Source: Trueperaceae bacterium
GTDB taxonomy: Bacteria > Deinococcota > Deinococci > Deinococcales > Trueperaceae
Assembly (NCBI GenBank): GCA_965214405.1
Contig: OZ243956.1
Location: 2,848,001 to 2,912,000, forward strand
DNA: 64,000 nt
Reading direction: 5' to 3'
The notes under the pieces were generated by a model, which was not told where the DNA came from, made no database searches, and was given only the letters and a program-made list of their open reading frames with translations. Below are positions 31,858 to 41,297 of this stretch, piece by piece. Position numbers and translations under genes: made by a program. The number at the start of each line of letters is the position of its first letter. The first letter of the stretch is position 1.

Positions 31858-33303
31858 ATGTACAATTCCCTTGAAAATGATATCGACAAGCCGCAAGAAG
31901 AGTGCGGCGTGTTCGCGCTCCACCTCCCTCAGAGGGCGGAGGGCACTCCAGATATTGCCTCGCTCTGCCACTTGGGCCTGTTCGCGCTCCAGCACCGCGG
32001 GCAAGAGTCGTGCGGCATCTGCGTGTCGAACGGTGAGGATATCGCCGTCGAAAAGGAAATGGGTCTCGTGTCGGAGGTGTTTACCGAGACTCGTCTCAAC
32101 GCGCTCCGCCTTGGGAACGCACGCACCGGCATCGGCCACACCCGCTACTCCACCACAGGCTCGTCGTTGCGCTTTAACGCCCAGCCCCTCACGGTGCGCT
32201 CGAACAAGGGCATCTTGGCCCTGGCGCATAACGGCAACTTTACCAACGCGCGTAGGATGCGCGACCAGATGCTGAGCGAGGGTGCGGTGTTCCAAACGAC
32301 GAACGACAGCGAGGTGATGATTAACCTCGTGGCACGTTACAGCCACCTCTCATTAGAAGACGCCACCGCCAGGGTGATGGGCGAACTCTACGGCGGCTTC
32401 TCGGTCGTCATCATGGACAAAACCCGCGTGCTGGCCCTGCGCGACGGTAACGGAGTGCGGCCTCTCGTGATAGGGACGCTTGACGGCGGCTACGTGTTCG
32501 CCTCCGAGCCGTCGGCGCTGCACGTGGTCGGCGCGACCTTCTTGCGCGACGTGAGGCCGGGTGAGCTTGTGGTGGCGGACGACGCGGGGTTGCACTCCCG
32601 GCAGGTGCTCGAGCCCAGACCCACCCCCTGCGCTTTCGAGTGGATCTACTTCGCCCGCGGCGACGGCGCTTTAGACGGGGCCGACGTTCATGCGGCGCGC
32701 GTGCGGATGGGGGAGAGGCTGGCTTTTGAGGCCCCCGCCGAGGCCGATGTGGTCGTGGGCGTGCCCGAGTCGGGGCTGGCGGCGGCGATTGGTTACGCGC
32801 GGGCCTCGGGCATCCCCTACGATTTGGGACTTTATAAATCTCCCTACGCGGGCCGCACCTTTATCAACCCCACCCAGCGGCTGCGCGACCTCAAGGTCAA
32901 GCTCAAGCTCGCGCCCACCGGGGCGGTGCGGGGCAAGCGCGTGGTCTTGGTTGATGATTCCATCGTGCGCGGCACCACCTCGGGACGCATCGTGCAGCTT
33001 CTGCGCGAGGCGGGCGCGACGGAAGTGCATTTTAGGGTCTCGAGCCCGCCCATCAAATACCCCTGCTACTACGGCATTGACACCGCCGCCCGCAAAGAAC
33101 TCGCCGCCGCCACCATGACCACCGAAGAAATCCGTGCGAAGATTGGGGCCGACTCTCTTTATTACATTTCTGAAGCGGGTCTCGCCGAGGCGGTCGGTTT
33201 AGCCAAAACCTGTTTAGCCTGTTTTAACGGCGCGTACGAGGCGGGGCGTCCGGAGGAGGGGCTCGAGGCGTCTCTGTTAGACCCCTTTGCGCCGGTGGCT
33301 TAG
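31858..33303 (+). CDS. purF: Amidophosphoribosyltransferase
   Basis: EECGVF, LQHRGQE, GHTRYST, VDDSIVRGTT, CYYGID; ATG at 31858. Confidence 0.96.
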   Translation: MYNSLENDIDKPQEECGVFALHLPQRAEGTPDIASLCHLGLFALQHRGQESCGICVSNGEDIAVEKEMGLVSEVFTETRLNALRLGNARTGIGHTRYSTTGSSLRFNAQPLTVRSNKGILALAHNGNFTNARRMRDQMLSEGAVFQTTNDSEVMINLVARYSHLSLEDATARVMGELYGGFSVVIMDKTRVLALRDGNGVRPLVIGTLDGGYVFASEPSALHVVGATFLRDVRPGELVVADDAGLHSRQVLEPRPTPCAFEWIYFARGDGALDGADVHAARVRMGERLAFEAPAEADVVVGVPESGLAAAIGYARASGIPYDLGLYKSPYAGRTFINPTQRLRDLKVKLKLAPTGAVRGKRVVLVDDSIVRGTTSGRIVQLLREAGATEVHFRVSSPPIKYPCYYGIDTAARKELAAATMTTEEIRAKIGADSLYYISEAGLAEAVGLAKTCLACFNGAYEAGRPEEGLEASLLDPFAPVA

Positions 33304-33324
33304 TGTAGTCAAAGCCAGCGTTGT

Positions 33325-33732
33325 CTAAACCTTTGCCACAACTTCCTCTGCGCTGAGCACACGCAGGACTGCATGTTTATAGTCTTTTTTGTTTCTCGTG
33401 ACGAGAGCGTCCATATGGTGCTCGAGCGCCGTGTAATACTGTACGGCGTCTTCGTAATCACTAAAGTCACTGCTGAGCGACCTGTTGATGGCCTCGTCGC
33501 TCGTGGGTACGACGGTGACGAGGAGTTTGAGTTTGCGCAGGAGTGTTAGTGCCCTCTGTTTGCCGAGCGTTTTGCGGAGAAGATAGTGGACGTTTACGAA
33601 GACAGTAGCCGAGGTATACGCTTGGTGTTCACCGGCTTGAACAGCCATAAAGAGGTGAGCGGCGGCCGTGAAGTGAGGTTGACGTTCCGTCAGTAAGTCG
33701 AGAATGATATCCGTGTCAATAAACAGTTTCAC
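33325..33732 (-). CDS. PIN-domain toxin (VapC-like)
   Basis: FIDTDIILD, DYEDAVQY, LVTRNKKDY. Confidence 0.88.
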   Translation of the reverse strand: MKLFIDTDIILDLLTERQPHFTAAAHLFMAVQAGEHQAYTSATVFVNVHYLLRKTLGKQRALTLLRKLKLLVTVVPTSDEAINRSLSSDFSDYEDAVQYYTALEHHMDALVTRNKKDYKHAVLRVLSAEEVVAKV

Positions 33733-33968
33733 TGGTACTTACGACGCAGATAGTCGGTATATTCCTCTTGCCAATCCTCTCCCGGTACGTCTTTCAACAC
33801 ACCTGCAAGTTCTGCAACGACGCCGGAAAGCTCTGGTTCGGGCGTCATGGCGGTTAGGTGCTCGAGATACGCCTCGACCAAACCGGAGACGCTCAGCTCC
33901 CGCTGCTTGGCATAAGCCTTTGCCTTCTGGGCAACTTCGTCGTCAATTTTCAAAGTAAGTTTTGCCAT
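33729..33968 (-). CDS. Antitoxin, ribbon-helix-helix (DUF6364-like)
   Basis: MAKLTLKIDDEVAQKAKAYA...SVSGLVEAYL...YLRRKY; stop overlaps the toxin start. Confidence 0.82.
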   Translation of the reverse strand: MAKLTLKIDDEVAQKAKAYAKQRELSVSGLVEAYLEHLTAMTPEPELSGVVAELAGVLKDVPGEDWQEEYTDYLRRKYQ

Positions 33969-34035
33969 CACACCCTGATTCTCCCCTACACGTACGATTT
34001 TAGCATGGGTGTTTTTATTCTGAGTACACCCGAAG

Positions 34036-34773
34036 CTATGAACCGCGCTCCTGTTGCGCCGCTCGCACCAAACGCACAAACGCCACCAGGCGCGGGGCGC
34101 GGTGCCAGCGTTTGGGGTCGGTGCCGACGCGCCATACCCACTCGAGCCCCGCGCGCCGCGTCCAACCGGGGGTGCGCTTGACGCTGCCTGAGAGCACGTC
34201 GAGCGCGCCGCCGACGCCAATCATAAGAGGCGTACGGAGTGCTGCGCGGTGCTCGTGCAAAAAACGTTCTTGGCCCTCGCCAAGGCCCGCCAACAGGAGC
34301 TGCGCGCCGCTCTCCGCCACGCGCCGCACTACCTCCGGTACCTCGAGCGGGCCTTCAAAATAGCCGTGCTGGACGCCCGCTGTGGTTGTGCCGTAAAGAG
34401 AACGCGCCCGCGCCGCCGCGAGTTCCGCCACGCCGGGTTTGGCCCCGAGAAAAAAGACGCGCAAATCCGCGCCGCCCGCTTCCAACACGCGCGTGACTAA
34501 ATCCACGCCGGGCACGCGCCCCGGCAAAACGTGTCCGAAGCGCCGCGCCGCCCAGACCACGCCGACGCCGTCCGCGACGGTTAGGTCCGCCGCGTCCAAA
34601 GCTGCTTTGAGGGTGGGGTCGGTTCTCGAGCGGATGATGATTTCGGGGTTGAGGGTCACGAGCAGCTTGGGTTCCGGCGTGCGGGTCGCCGCGAGGCACC
34701 ACGCCGCGGCCTCGTCTAAGGTGCAACTCGCCACCTCAAAACCGAGCACCACCGCGTTTACACGGGCGTTCAC
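34036..34773 (-). CDS. WecB/TagA/CpsF family glycosyltransferase
   Basis: VTLNPE, VADGVG, RVPGVDL, GVGGALD, GLEWVWR. Confidence 0.92.
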   Translation of the reverse strand: MNARVNAVVLGFEVASCTLDEAAAWCLAATRTPEPKLLVTLNPEIIIRSRTDPTLKAALDAADLTVADGVGVVWAARRFGHVLPGRVPGVDLVTRVLEAGGADLRVFFLGAKPGVAELAAARARSLYGTTTAGVQHGYFEGPLEVPEVVRRVAESGAQLLLAGLGEGQERFLHEHRAALRTPLMIGVGGALDVLSGSVKRTPGWTRRAGLEWVWRVGTDPKRWHRAPRLVAFVRLVRAAQQERGS

Positions 34774-34774
34774 G

Positions 34775-35506
34775 TCAGCTTAAATGACCGAAGCGGTAGA
34801 GAGGTGCGCCCTCGACCACGCTTCTATCCTCTAACTCGGGTACTTTGTCGGACTGAGACACGAGGCTCGCCACCGCGATGTCGTCAGGCAAGTTTAGACC
34901 TCTCAGATAGTGCCCTGACTGAGAGGTCCAGAAGGCCTCGAGGGGGTCGGGGAACGCCTTGAGCAGCCCCACCGCCAGATGAGCCGCGCCAGAAAGTTTG
35001 AGCTGGGTGCGCGGCTCGAGCCGCGCCGCCAAATAGCCCGCAGTCAGGGTGTCGTCTAAGTCTTCGCTCCCCCCGAAGCCGCAGCAAACGAGCGCGACCT
35101 CTTCTATATTTAGTGCCTGCAACCGCGCCACCACCGCGTCGGCGTTGTAGAGCGCGCCCAACAGCACGTGCTTGGCGTCCGCCACCAAGGGCAGCGTCTT
35201 GGGCAGGTTTTCAGACACCATCACCGCCGCGCGGCCCCGCAGGTCGAGCGCCAAAAATTCGCTCGGCGAGTTGCCGTAGTTAAAGCCCTCGGGCGGCAGG
35301 CCGCCGCGCTCGCCCAACAGCAAGAGTTCGCGCGCCTCGGCGAGTTTACGCGAGGCGCGCAGGCTGGGCGAGAGAAAAAGCGTTTCCAAACCCCGTTCAA
35401 AAAGAATCGGGGCGACCGTACACGAGCGCAGCGCGTCGATGAGGACGACCGCGCCGCCGTAGGGGCCTTTGGGCGTGAGGTCTACGGTGAGGTTTATGGG
35501 CTGCAT
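34775..35506 (-). CDS. 2-phosphosulfolactate phosphatase (ComB) family protein
   Basis: VLIDALRS, GERGGLPPEGFNYGNSP, LDDTLTAG. Confidence 0.85.
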   Translation of the reverse strand: MQPINLTVDLTPKGPYGGAVVLIDALRSCTVAPILFERGLETLFLSPSLRASRKLAEARELLLLGERGGLPPEGFNYGNSPSEFLALDLRGRAAVMVSENLPKTLPLVADAKHVLLGALYNADAVVARLQALNIEEVALVCCGFGGSEDLDDTLTAGYLAARLEPRTQLKLSGAAHLAVGLLKAFPDPLEAFWTSQSGHYLRGLNLPDDIAVASLVSQSDKVPELEDRSVVEGAPLYRFGHLS

Positions 35507-35705
35507 GGGGTGGCGGGGTCGCCGAGCGAGGTCGGCGTTCGGTCGAGGCCGCGAAGCTTGATTTTGGAGCGAAGAGCAAAATTCAGAGGGGGCACTGGTA
35601 GGAGCACGCAGACGAGTTTAACATCCTCCAGCCCACGTTACCGCCAAGGTCCACCGCGTTATGCTTGGGCGATGCTCCCTCACCCCCAAGCCCCCAAGGT
35701 CGCCC

Positions 35706-37265
35706 GTGACTAAAGAACCTGCTCCCACGGATTTTCTGGCCCGCTACCAAAGGGGCGACCTGAGCGACTTTTACGCCCTGCCTCCCGGAAACCTTGACGC
35801 GGCGCTTTCTCGCCCCCGGCCCCAAGACCGCACGCGGCTCGCGGACGCGCTGCGCATTTACGCAACGCGGTTAGGCGCGCCGAAACCAGTGTTTGAGATG
35901 TTGGAGAGGCTCGAGCACCCCCAGAGCCGCGCCGTCGTCACGGGCCAGCAGACGGGGCTGCTGCTCGGCCCGACCTACACGTTGTCCAAAGCGGTCACCG
36001 TCATCAGCCTCGCCAAAAAACTCTCGACCGAAGACAAACCCGTCGTGCCCGTGTTCTGGCTCGCCAGCCAGGACCACGACGACGCCGAAATTGACCACGC
36101 GTATCTGCTCGACTTGAGCGAGTCGCTGGTGAAGCTCTCGGTAGAACTGCCAGGTGAGGTTTCTGCGGGGCGCATTCCCTTTGAAGCTGCGTGGTTAGAG
36201 ACGTTAGCGGAAGGGCTTGGTGCGTTAGAGGCCAAAGAAGCCTACCGGGAGGAGGTGCTGGCGCTACTTGAAGAAAGCGCGGCGCACGCCGAAACCTACG
36301 CCGACCTCTTCGGCGCGCTCCTCTACCGGCTTTTGGGGGAGCAGGGTTTAGTTCTTATCGACCCGCTCGAGCCTTCCACCGCTTCCCTATTCACGCCTGT
36401 TCTCGAGGCCGAACTGCGCGACCCGCTCCTTTCGTCGCGCGCCGTCAACGAGGCGGCGGAGCGGCTAAGGGGCCTGGGTATCACGCCGCAACTCGGCAGG
36501 GGAGAGGACGCGACCAATCTCTTTTTGGAAGAGGCGGGAAAAAGGACGCTTCTACGCTTTGATGGTAGCGCCTTTTACACCCAAAGCGCGCGCTACAGCC
36601 GCGAAGGGCTAGAGAGCATCCTCGAGACCGACCCAAGCCGCCTCACCCCGGCGGCGGGCTTAAGGCCCGTGACCCAAGACGCCGTCCTGCCCACCGCGGT
36701 GACGGTGGTGGGTCCCGGCGAACTGCGCTACTTCGCGCAGCTTGGGGGCGTGTACGAGGCGCACGGCGTGCCCACGCCCCTCATCTGGCCGCGCCTAAAC
36801 GTCACGGTGCTCGAGCCCCCCACCTCACGCATCATGGAAAAGTTTGGGCTCACACCAAAAGATTTAGACGATTTCGTCGCGGTGCGCCGCCGGATTTTGC
36901 TCGAGCTTCACGGTCATAAAGAGGCTTTTGACGAGGCCGCGGAGACGCTCGAGCAGAGTGTCGAGATCCTCCTAAAACACGTGCGCGAGATTGACCCGAC
37001 GCTCCAAAGAACCGTCACGCGGGGCGAAGCTTCGCTAGAGGCGACGGTGGCGCGGCTAAGGCGCAAGAGCGGCGACGCGCTCGCCAAACAGGACGATATT
37101 TACGCAAAGCAGCTAGCGCGCGTGGAGCGCCACCTGCTGCCTAATGGCGTACCCCAGGAGCGCATCTTGAGCCCCTTTTCTTTTTTCCTAAAGTTCGGCG
37201 TCAAAAACGTTATAGACGCCTTTTTGGCGCTACCGCCCGAGGGCGAGCACACGGTGCGCTTTTGA
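35706..37265 (+). CDS. bshC: Bacillithiol biosynthesis cysteine-adding enzyme BshC
   Basis: VVTGQQTGLLLGP.YT..K, PVFWLASQDHD, GPGELRYFAQL, PQER; GTG 35706 chosen as start. Confidence 0.92.
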   Translation: MTKEPAPTDFLARYQRGDLSDFYALPPGNLDAALSRPRPQDRTRLADALRIYATRLGAPKPVFEMLERLEHPQSRAVVTGQQTGLLLGPTYTLSKAVTVISLAKKLSTEDKPVVPVFWLASQDHDDAEIDHAYLLDLSESLVKLSVELPGEVSAGRIPFEAAWLETLAEGLGALEAKEAYREEVLALLEESAAHAETYADLFGALLYRLLGEQGLVLIDPLEPSTASLFTPVLEAELRDPLLSSRAVNEAAERLRGLGITPQLGRGEDATNLFLEEAGKRTLLRFDGSAFYTQSARYSREGLESILETDPSRLTPAAGLRPVTQDAVLPTAVTVVGPGELRYFAQLGGVYEAHGVPTPLIWPRLNVTVLEPPTSRIMEKFGLTPKDLDDFVAVRRRILLELHGHKEAFDEAAETLEQSVEILLKHVREIDPTLQRTVTRGEASLEATVARLRRKSGDALAKQDDIYAKQLARVERHLLPNGVPQERILSPFSFFLKFGVKNVIDAFLALPPEGEHTVRF

Positions 37266-37286
37266 GCGCGTCTTGGGAGTAGCTTG

Positions 37287-37892
37287 ATGTCCGACTGGCT
37301 GCTGCGGCAACTCGAGACCGGCTCCGAAGTCTCGGACGCGTGCGCGCTTTGTGGGCTCGAGGGGCGCGCCTCGAGGCGCTACCTGGAGGGCGTCGCCAAC
37401 GACGGCGTCAACAACATCCCGCTGCGTGGGCGGTTGGCGCGTAAGGGCGGCTTCTGCGGGCGTCACTGCAAGGTGTTTGCGGACGAGGCGCACCTCCTTT
37501 CCAGTGCCATTTTGCTTGAAGACTTTTTGAGGATGCGGCTCGAAAATGCGGAAGCGGGCCGCACGACGCGCGTCACTTGCGAGGCGTGCGAGGCCGAGGC
37601 GGACATGCGGCGCACGGTGAGGGCGAGCCTCAAGCGGGACCGGAAAAACTCCGAACTCCACCAGGCGCTCACGAATGTGCCCCTTTGTCTCGAGCATTTA
37701 GAAATCGTCTGCGCCGCGTTGCCCAAGGAGGTGCGGACGCGCTTGATAAACAAACACCGCGACCTGCGTTTTCGGCTTAGCGAGGTCGTCCGCAAACACG
37801 ACTACCGTTTTAGCGGGAGCGTAACGCAAGACGAGGCGCGGAGCGTGAGGGAGACGCTGATGCTTTTTGACCCCGAGGCTCGAGCAGAGTAG
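37287..37892 (+). CDS. DUF6062-like protein with two Cys3His metal-binding modules
   Basis: CALC...GFCGRH and CEAC...LCLEH; C-terminal RKHDYRF. Confidence 0.7.
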   Translation: MSDWLLRQLETGSEVSDACALCGLEGRASRRYLEGVANDGVNNIPLRGRLARKGGFCGRHCKVFADEAHLLSSAILLEDFLRMRLENAEAGRTTRVTCEACEAEADMRRTVRASLKRDRKNSELHQALTNVPLCLEHLEIVCAALPKEVRTRLINKHRDLRFRLSEVVRKHDYRFSGSVTQDEARSVRETLMLFDPEARAE

Positions 37893-37924
37893 CTTTTGGG
37901 CTCCCCAACCGTTAGGATAGACGT

Positions 37925-38431
37925 ATGTTAAAAGGAACTGTGCAAGCTCCCATCGACGTGCGCGAGGTGACGCTGCCGGGGGTGGGCAAAAAATTCGTGA
38001 TGCCCCTACGCGACGGCGGCAACCTGGCCATCGTCGTGAAACCCGACGGCGAGAGGCAGATGTACCACTTTTTGGAAGACGACGACCGCCCCTCAGACGT
38101 GTTCAAGTTAGACCGCGACGAGTCGCAGCAGCTCGCCAACTTGCTCGGCGGGGCGATGACGAGCGCGCCGGACTTAGAAAAGCTCGAGCTTGCCCTGGGC
38201 GCTTTAGAGATTGAGTGGGTCACTTTAGAGCGCGACGCCGCGCTGGCCGGACGGACGCTCCAAAACTTCCCCTTGCGCACCCAGACGGGCGCGTCGGTGG
38301 TCGCCATCATGCGGGGCGATACGGCCATCCCCAATCCGGGCGTGGACACGGTGTTCGAGCCCGGCGACACCGTCTTGATCGTTGGTTCGCACGAACAGTG
38401 CGAGGCGGCCAGGGAACTCATTTCGGGTTGA
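37925..38431 (+). CDS. khtT: K+/H+ antiporter regulatory subunit (KhtT-like, TrkA-C domain)
   Basis: REVTLPGVGKKF, LRTQTGASVVAIMRG...PNP...GDTVLIVG. Confidence 0.85.
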   Translation: MLKGTVQAPIDVREVTLPGVGKKFVMPLRDGGNLAIVVKPDGERQMYHFLEDDDRPSDVFKLDRDESQQLANLLGGAMTSAPDLEKLELALGALEIEWVTLERDAALAGRTLQNFPLRTQTGASVVAIMRGDTAIPNPGVDTVFEPGDTVLIVGSHEQCEAARELISG

Positions 38432-38606
38432 GGCTCGAGTCACCCCAACAATTTGGCAGATAACTGGGCTTCCGTACTGCTTCGAGTAGGAGAGAACAGG
38501 AGTGGGAGATAAAAGTTGCTGGTTTTACTTTTTGCTCGTCACTCGGTACTTTTTTCTCCCTCCTAAATAGACCCTCCGCCTAACATGAACGAGAAAGGGA
38601 GACTGA

Positions 38607-39821
38607 ATGTCACCAATTTTAGAGTTCGGCGTGATCGCGCTCGGGCTTTACGTCGCCGGGTGGCTGAGCCAAAAGGTGGGCTTGAGCAGCATCGTCGGCT
38701 ACATCTTGCTGGGGCTCCTCCTGGGTCCTTACGGCGTCTACACGCTTTACGAGACCACCCCGGTGACCGATATGCTGGGCGAACTGGGCATCATCATGCT
38801 GCTCTTTTACATGGGCTTGGAGTTCTCCCTGGGGCGCTTTTTTGAGGGAGGCCGCGCGACCACCCTTTCGGGAACGCTCGACCTGCTCAATTTCGTTGTG
38901 GGCGTCGGCATCGGCTTTTTGCTCGGGCTGGGCTGGCTGGCGGCGCTCTTTTTGGGCGGGATCGTCTACATCTCGAGTTCCGGCGTCATCGCCAAACTCT
39001 TAAACGAGCGCGACCTCATCGCCTATCCCGAAGCGGAGCGCACGCTCGGGGTTTTGGTCTTTGAAGACTTGGCGATGGTGGTGATTTTGGGCGGCTTGGG
39101 CCTCATCACCGCGGGGGGTGGGGTCGCGGACTTTGCCGGGGTCGGGGTTTTTCTGGTTCTCTACGCGCTCTTTTTACGTTTTGGTCGGGGCACGCTGGAA
39201 CGCCTCTTGGGCCGCGAGGGGGAGGCGCTGGTGCTGCTCTCGCTCGCCTTGGTGGTCCTTTTTTCGGTGGGCGCGAAGTCTCTGGGTTTTCCCGAAGCGG
39301 TGGCCGCCTTTTTGCTCGGCATGATGGTCGCCGAGTCGCGCTTTAAGGACCGGCTCGAGGCCACCCTTCATCCCTGGTACGACGTGGCCGCCGCCGCCTT
39401 TTTCTTGGATTTCGGCCTCCACGTGGATGTGGTGAGCGCGCTCGGCCAGTGGCCCGCCGCCCTCCTGCTCATCGTCGCCACCATCGTTGTGAATATGCTC
39501 ACCGCCTACGCCTCGGGGCGGCTGAGCGGCCTCAGCAAACGCGCGAGCGTGGGGCACGGGCTTATGCTCTTGCCGCGGGGCGAGTTCTCGCTCGTCATCG
39601 TCGGCCTAGCTGCGGGCGCGCTCGCCATCCCCCAAGGGACGCGCGAGGCGCTCGTCGGCATGACCTCGCTCTACGTCATCGTCATGGTGATTCTGGGGAG
39701 CGTGGTGTTTCGCTACTACGACGAGGTCAACACCTGGCTCGCCGACCGGCTCAAGACGCCCGCGCAGCGCGAAAAGGAGGAGGCGCGGCGGCGGGAGCTT
39801 GACTCGATGAGTCTGGATTAG
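38607..39821 (+). CDS. khtU: CPA2 cation:proton antiporter (KhtU-like)
   Basis: LLFYMGLEFS, ISSSGVIAK, LVFEDLA, LPRGEFS; follows khtT. Confidence 0.85.
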   Translation: MSPILEFGVIALGLYVAGWLSQKVGLSSIVGYILLGLLLGPYGVYTLYETTPVTDMLGELGIIMLLFYMGLEFSLGRFFEGGRATTLSGTLDLLNFVVGVGIGFLLGLGWLAALFLGGIVYISSSGVIAKLLNERDLIAYPEAERTLGVLVFEDLAMVVILGGLGLITAGGGVADFAGVGVFLVLYALFLRFGRGTLERLLGREGEALVLLSLALVVLFSVGAKSLGFPEAVAAFLLGMMVAESRFKDRLEATLHPWYDVAAAAFFLDFGLHVDVVSALGQWPAALLLIVATIVVNMLTAYASGRLSGLSKRASVGHGLMLLPRGEFSLVIVGLAAGALAIPQGTREALVGMTSLYVIVMVILGSVVFRYYDEVNTWLADRLKTPAQREKEEARRRELDSMSLD

Positions 39822-39833
39822 AAGGATTGTTCT

Positions 39834-40135
39834 ATGAGGTTTGTCTTCACGGCGCTCGCCCTGATTCTGGGGCTTAACCTGCTCTTCTTCGTCATGCGCG
39901 CCCTGGTGCCCCCTTTTGAGACGGTGCAGTGGGTAACTGCTGCCGTCTTACTCATTCTGGGATTTTCTATGGCTCAGAGTCAGGGTGTTCGGGGCGAGAT
40001 GCTTTCGCGGAGCAGGGGCAAGGTGTTAAACGAGAGAACGGCGGGTCGTTTGCAGGGGGAAAGGTTCAAGAAAATTGGGGATTGGTGATGGGTATAACGG
40101 GGTTGTCGCTCATCCTTTCTGAACTTTTGCTGTAA
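39834..40135 (+). CDS. Small membrane protein, probably frameshifted near 40077-40080
   Basis: ORF 39834-40088 has two TM segments; one extra G would extend it into a third hydrophobic segment ending at 40135. Confidence 0.45.
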
Positions 40136-40277
40136 CAGGGCGGTAGGACCCGTGTGGATTAAGGCTCGAGAAAAAACCCGAACACCCTTACTGAGTCAAA
40201 AAGACCCCAAACCTTGTTGTGTTAAGCTCTGCTAAAGAGCGGCAGGGGCCGTTCACCATCCACAGGGAGACTGATAT

Positions 40278-41288
40278 ATGCGCGTAGCCATCGTTGGAGC
40301 CACCGGAGCCGTAGGTCAGGAGTTGCTAAAACTCCTCACAGAACGCCGTTTTCCCGTTACTAACCTTACTCTTCACGCCTCGGCGCGCTCGGTGGGTAAA
40401 GAGATGGTGCATAACGGCGAGACCTACACGCTGCAAACGCTCCCCGAAGACGGCAACTTAAACGCGGACATCGTCTTCTCCTCGGCGGGCGGAAGCATTT
40501 CCAAGGCGCACGCCTGGGACTGGGCGGCGCACGGCGCGCTGGTGATTGACAACACCTCCGCCTGGCGCATGGACGCGCGCGCGCCCCTCGTCATTCCCGA
40601 AATCAACGGCGAGGCGGCCCTCAATCATCAGGGCGTCATCGCCGTTCCGAACTGCTCGACCATCGTCGCGCTCATGGCGCTTGCACCGCTGCACCGCGCG
40701 TTTGGCTTAGAGCGCGCCACCGTCGCCACTTACCAGGCCGTGTCGGGCGCGGGGGCGGCGGGGATTTACGAACTTACTGCTGGCACCAAGGCCGCTTTAG
40801 AGGGTGCTGAAAGCACGCCCGACAAGTTCAAATACCCCATCGCCTTTAACCTCTTTTCTCACGATTCCGAGGTGGGCGAGGACGGCTACAACGTCGAGGA
40901 GCGCAAGCTTCTTTTGGAATCGCGCAAGATTTTAGGCGCGCCCGACCTGCGCGTCTCCGCCACCTGCGTGCGCGTGCCCGTCTTTCGCGCCCACAGCGAG
41001 GCCATCCACGCCGAGTTCGCGCGGCCCGTGAGCGAACGCGAAGCGCGCGAGGTGCTTTGCAACGCGCCGGGTGTGAAGGTGATAGATGACCGCGCTAACA
41101 ACTATTTCCCGATGCCCCTAGAGGCGAACGGCAAAGACGACGTGTTGGTGGGCCGTATCCGCGAGGACGCATCAATGCCTGGCGCTATCGCCTTATTTGC
41201 TTCGGGTGACCAGATACGCAAGGGGGCCGCACTTAACGCGGTGCAAATTGGGGAGTATTGGCTCGAGCATAATCTCAGCCGGGTATAG
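40278..41288 (+). CDS. asd: Aspartate-semialdehyde dehydrogenase
   Basis: VGATGAVG, PNCST, TCVRVPVFRAHS, DQIRKGAALNAVQI. Confidence 0.96.
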   Translation: MRVAIVGATGAVGQELLKLLTERRFPVTNLTLHASARSVGKEMVHNGETYTLQTLPEDGNLNADIVFSSAGGSISKAHAWDWAAHGALVIDNTSAWRMDARAPLVIPEINGEAALNHQGVIAVPNCSTIVALMALAPLHRAFGLERATVATYQAVSGAGAAGIYELTAGTKAALEGAESTPDKFKYPIAFNLFSHDSEVGEDGYNVEERKLLLESRKILGAPDLRVSATCVRVPVFRAHSEAIHAEFARPVSEREAREVLCNAPGVKVIDDRANNYFPMPLEANGKDDVLVGRIREDASMPGAIALFASGDQIRKGAALNAVQIGEYWLEHNLSRV

Positions 41289-41297
41289 ACGAAACTG

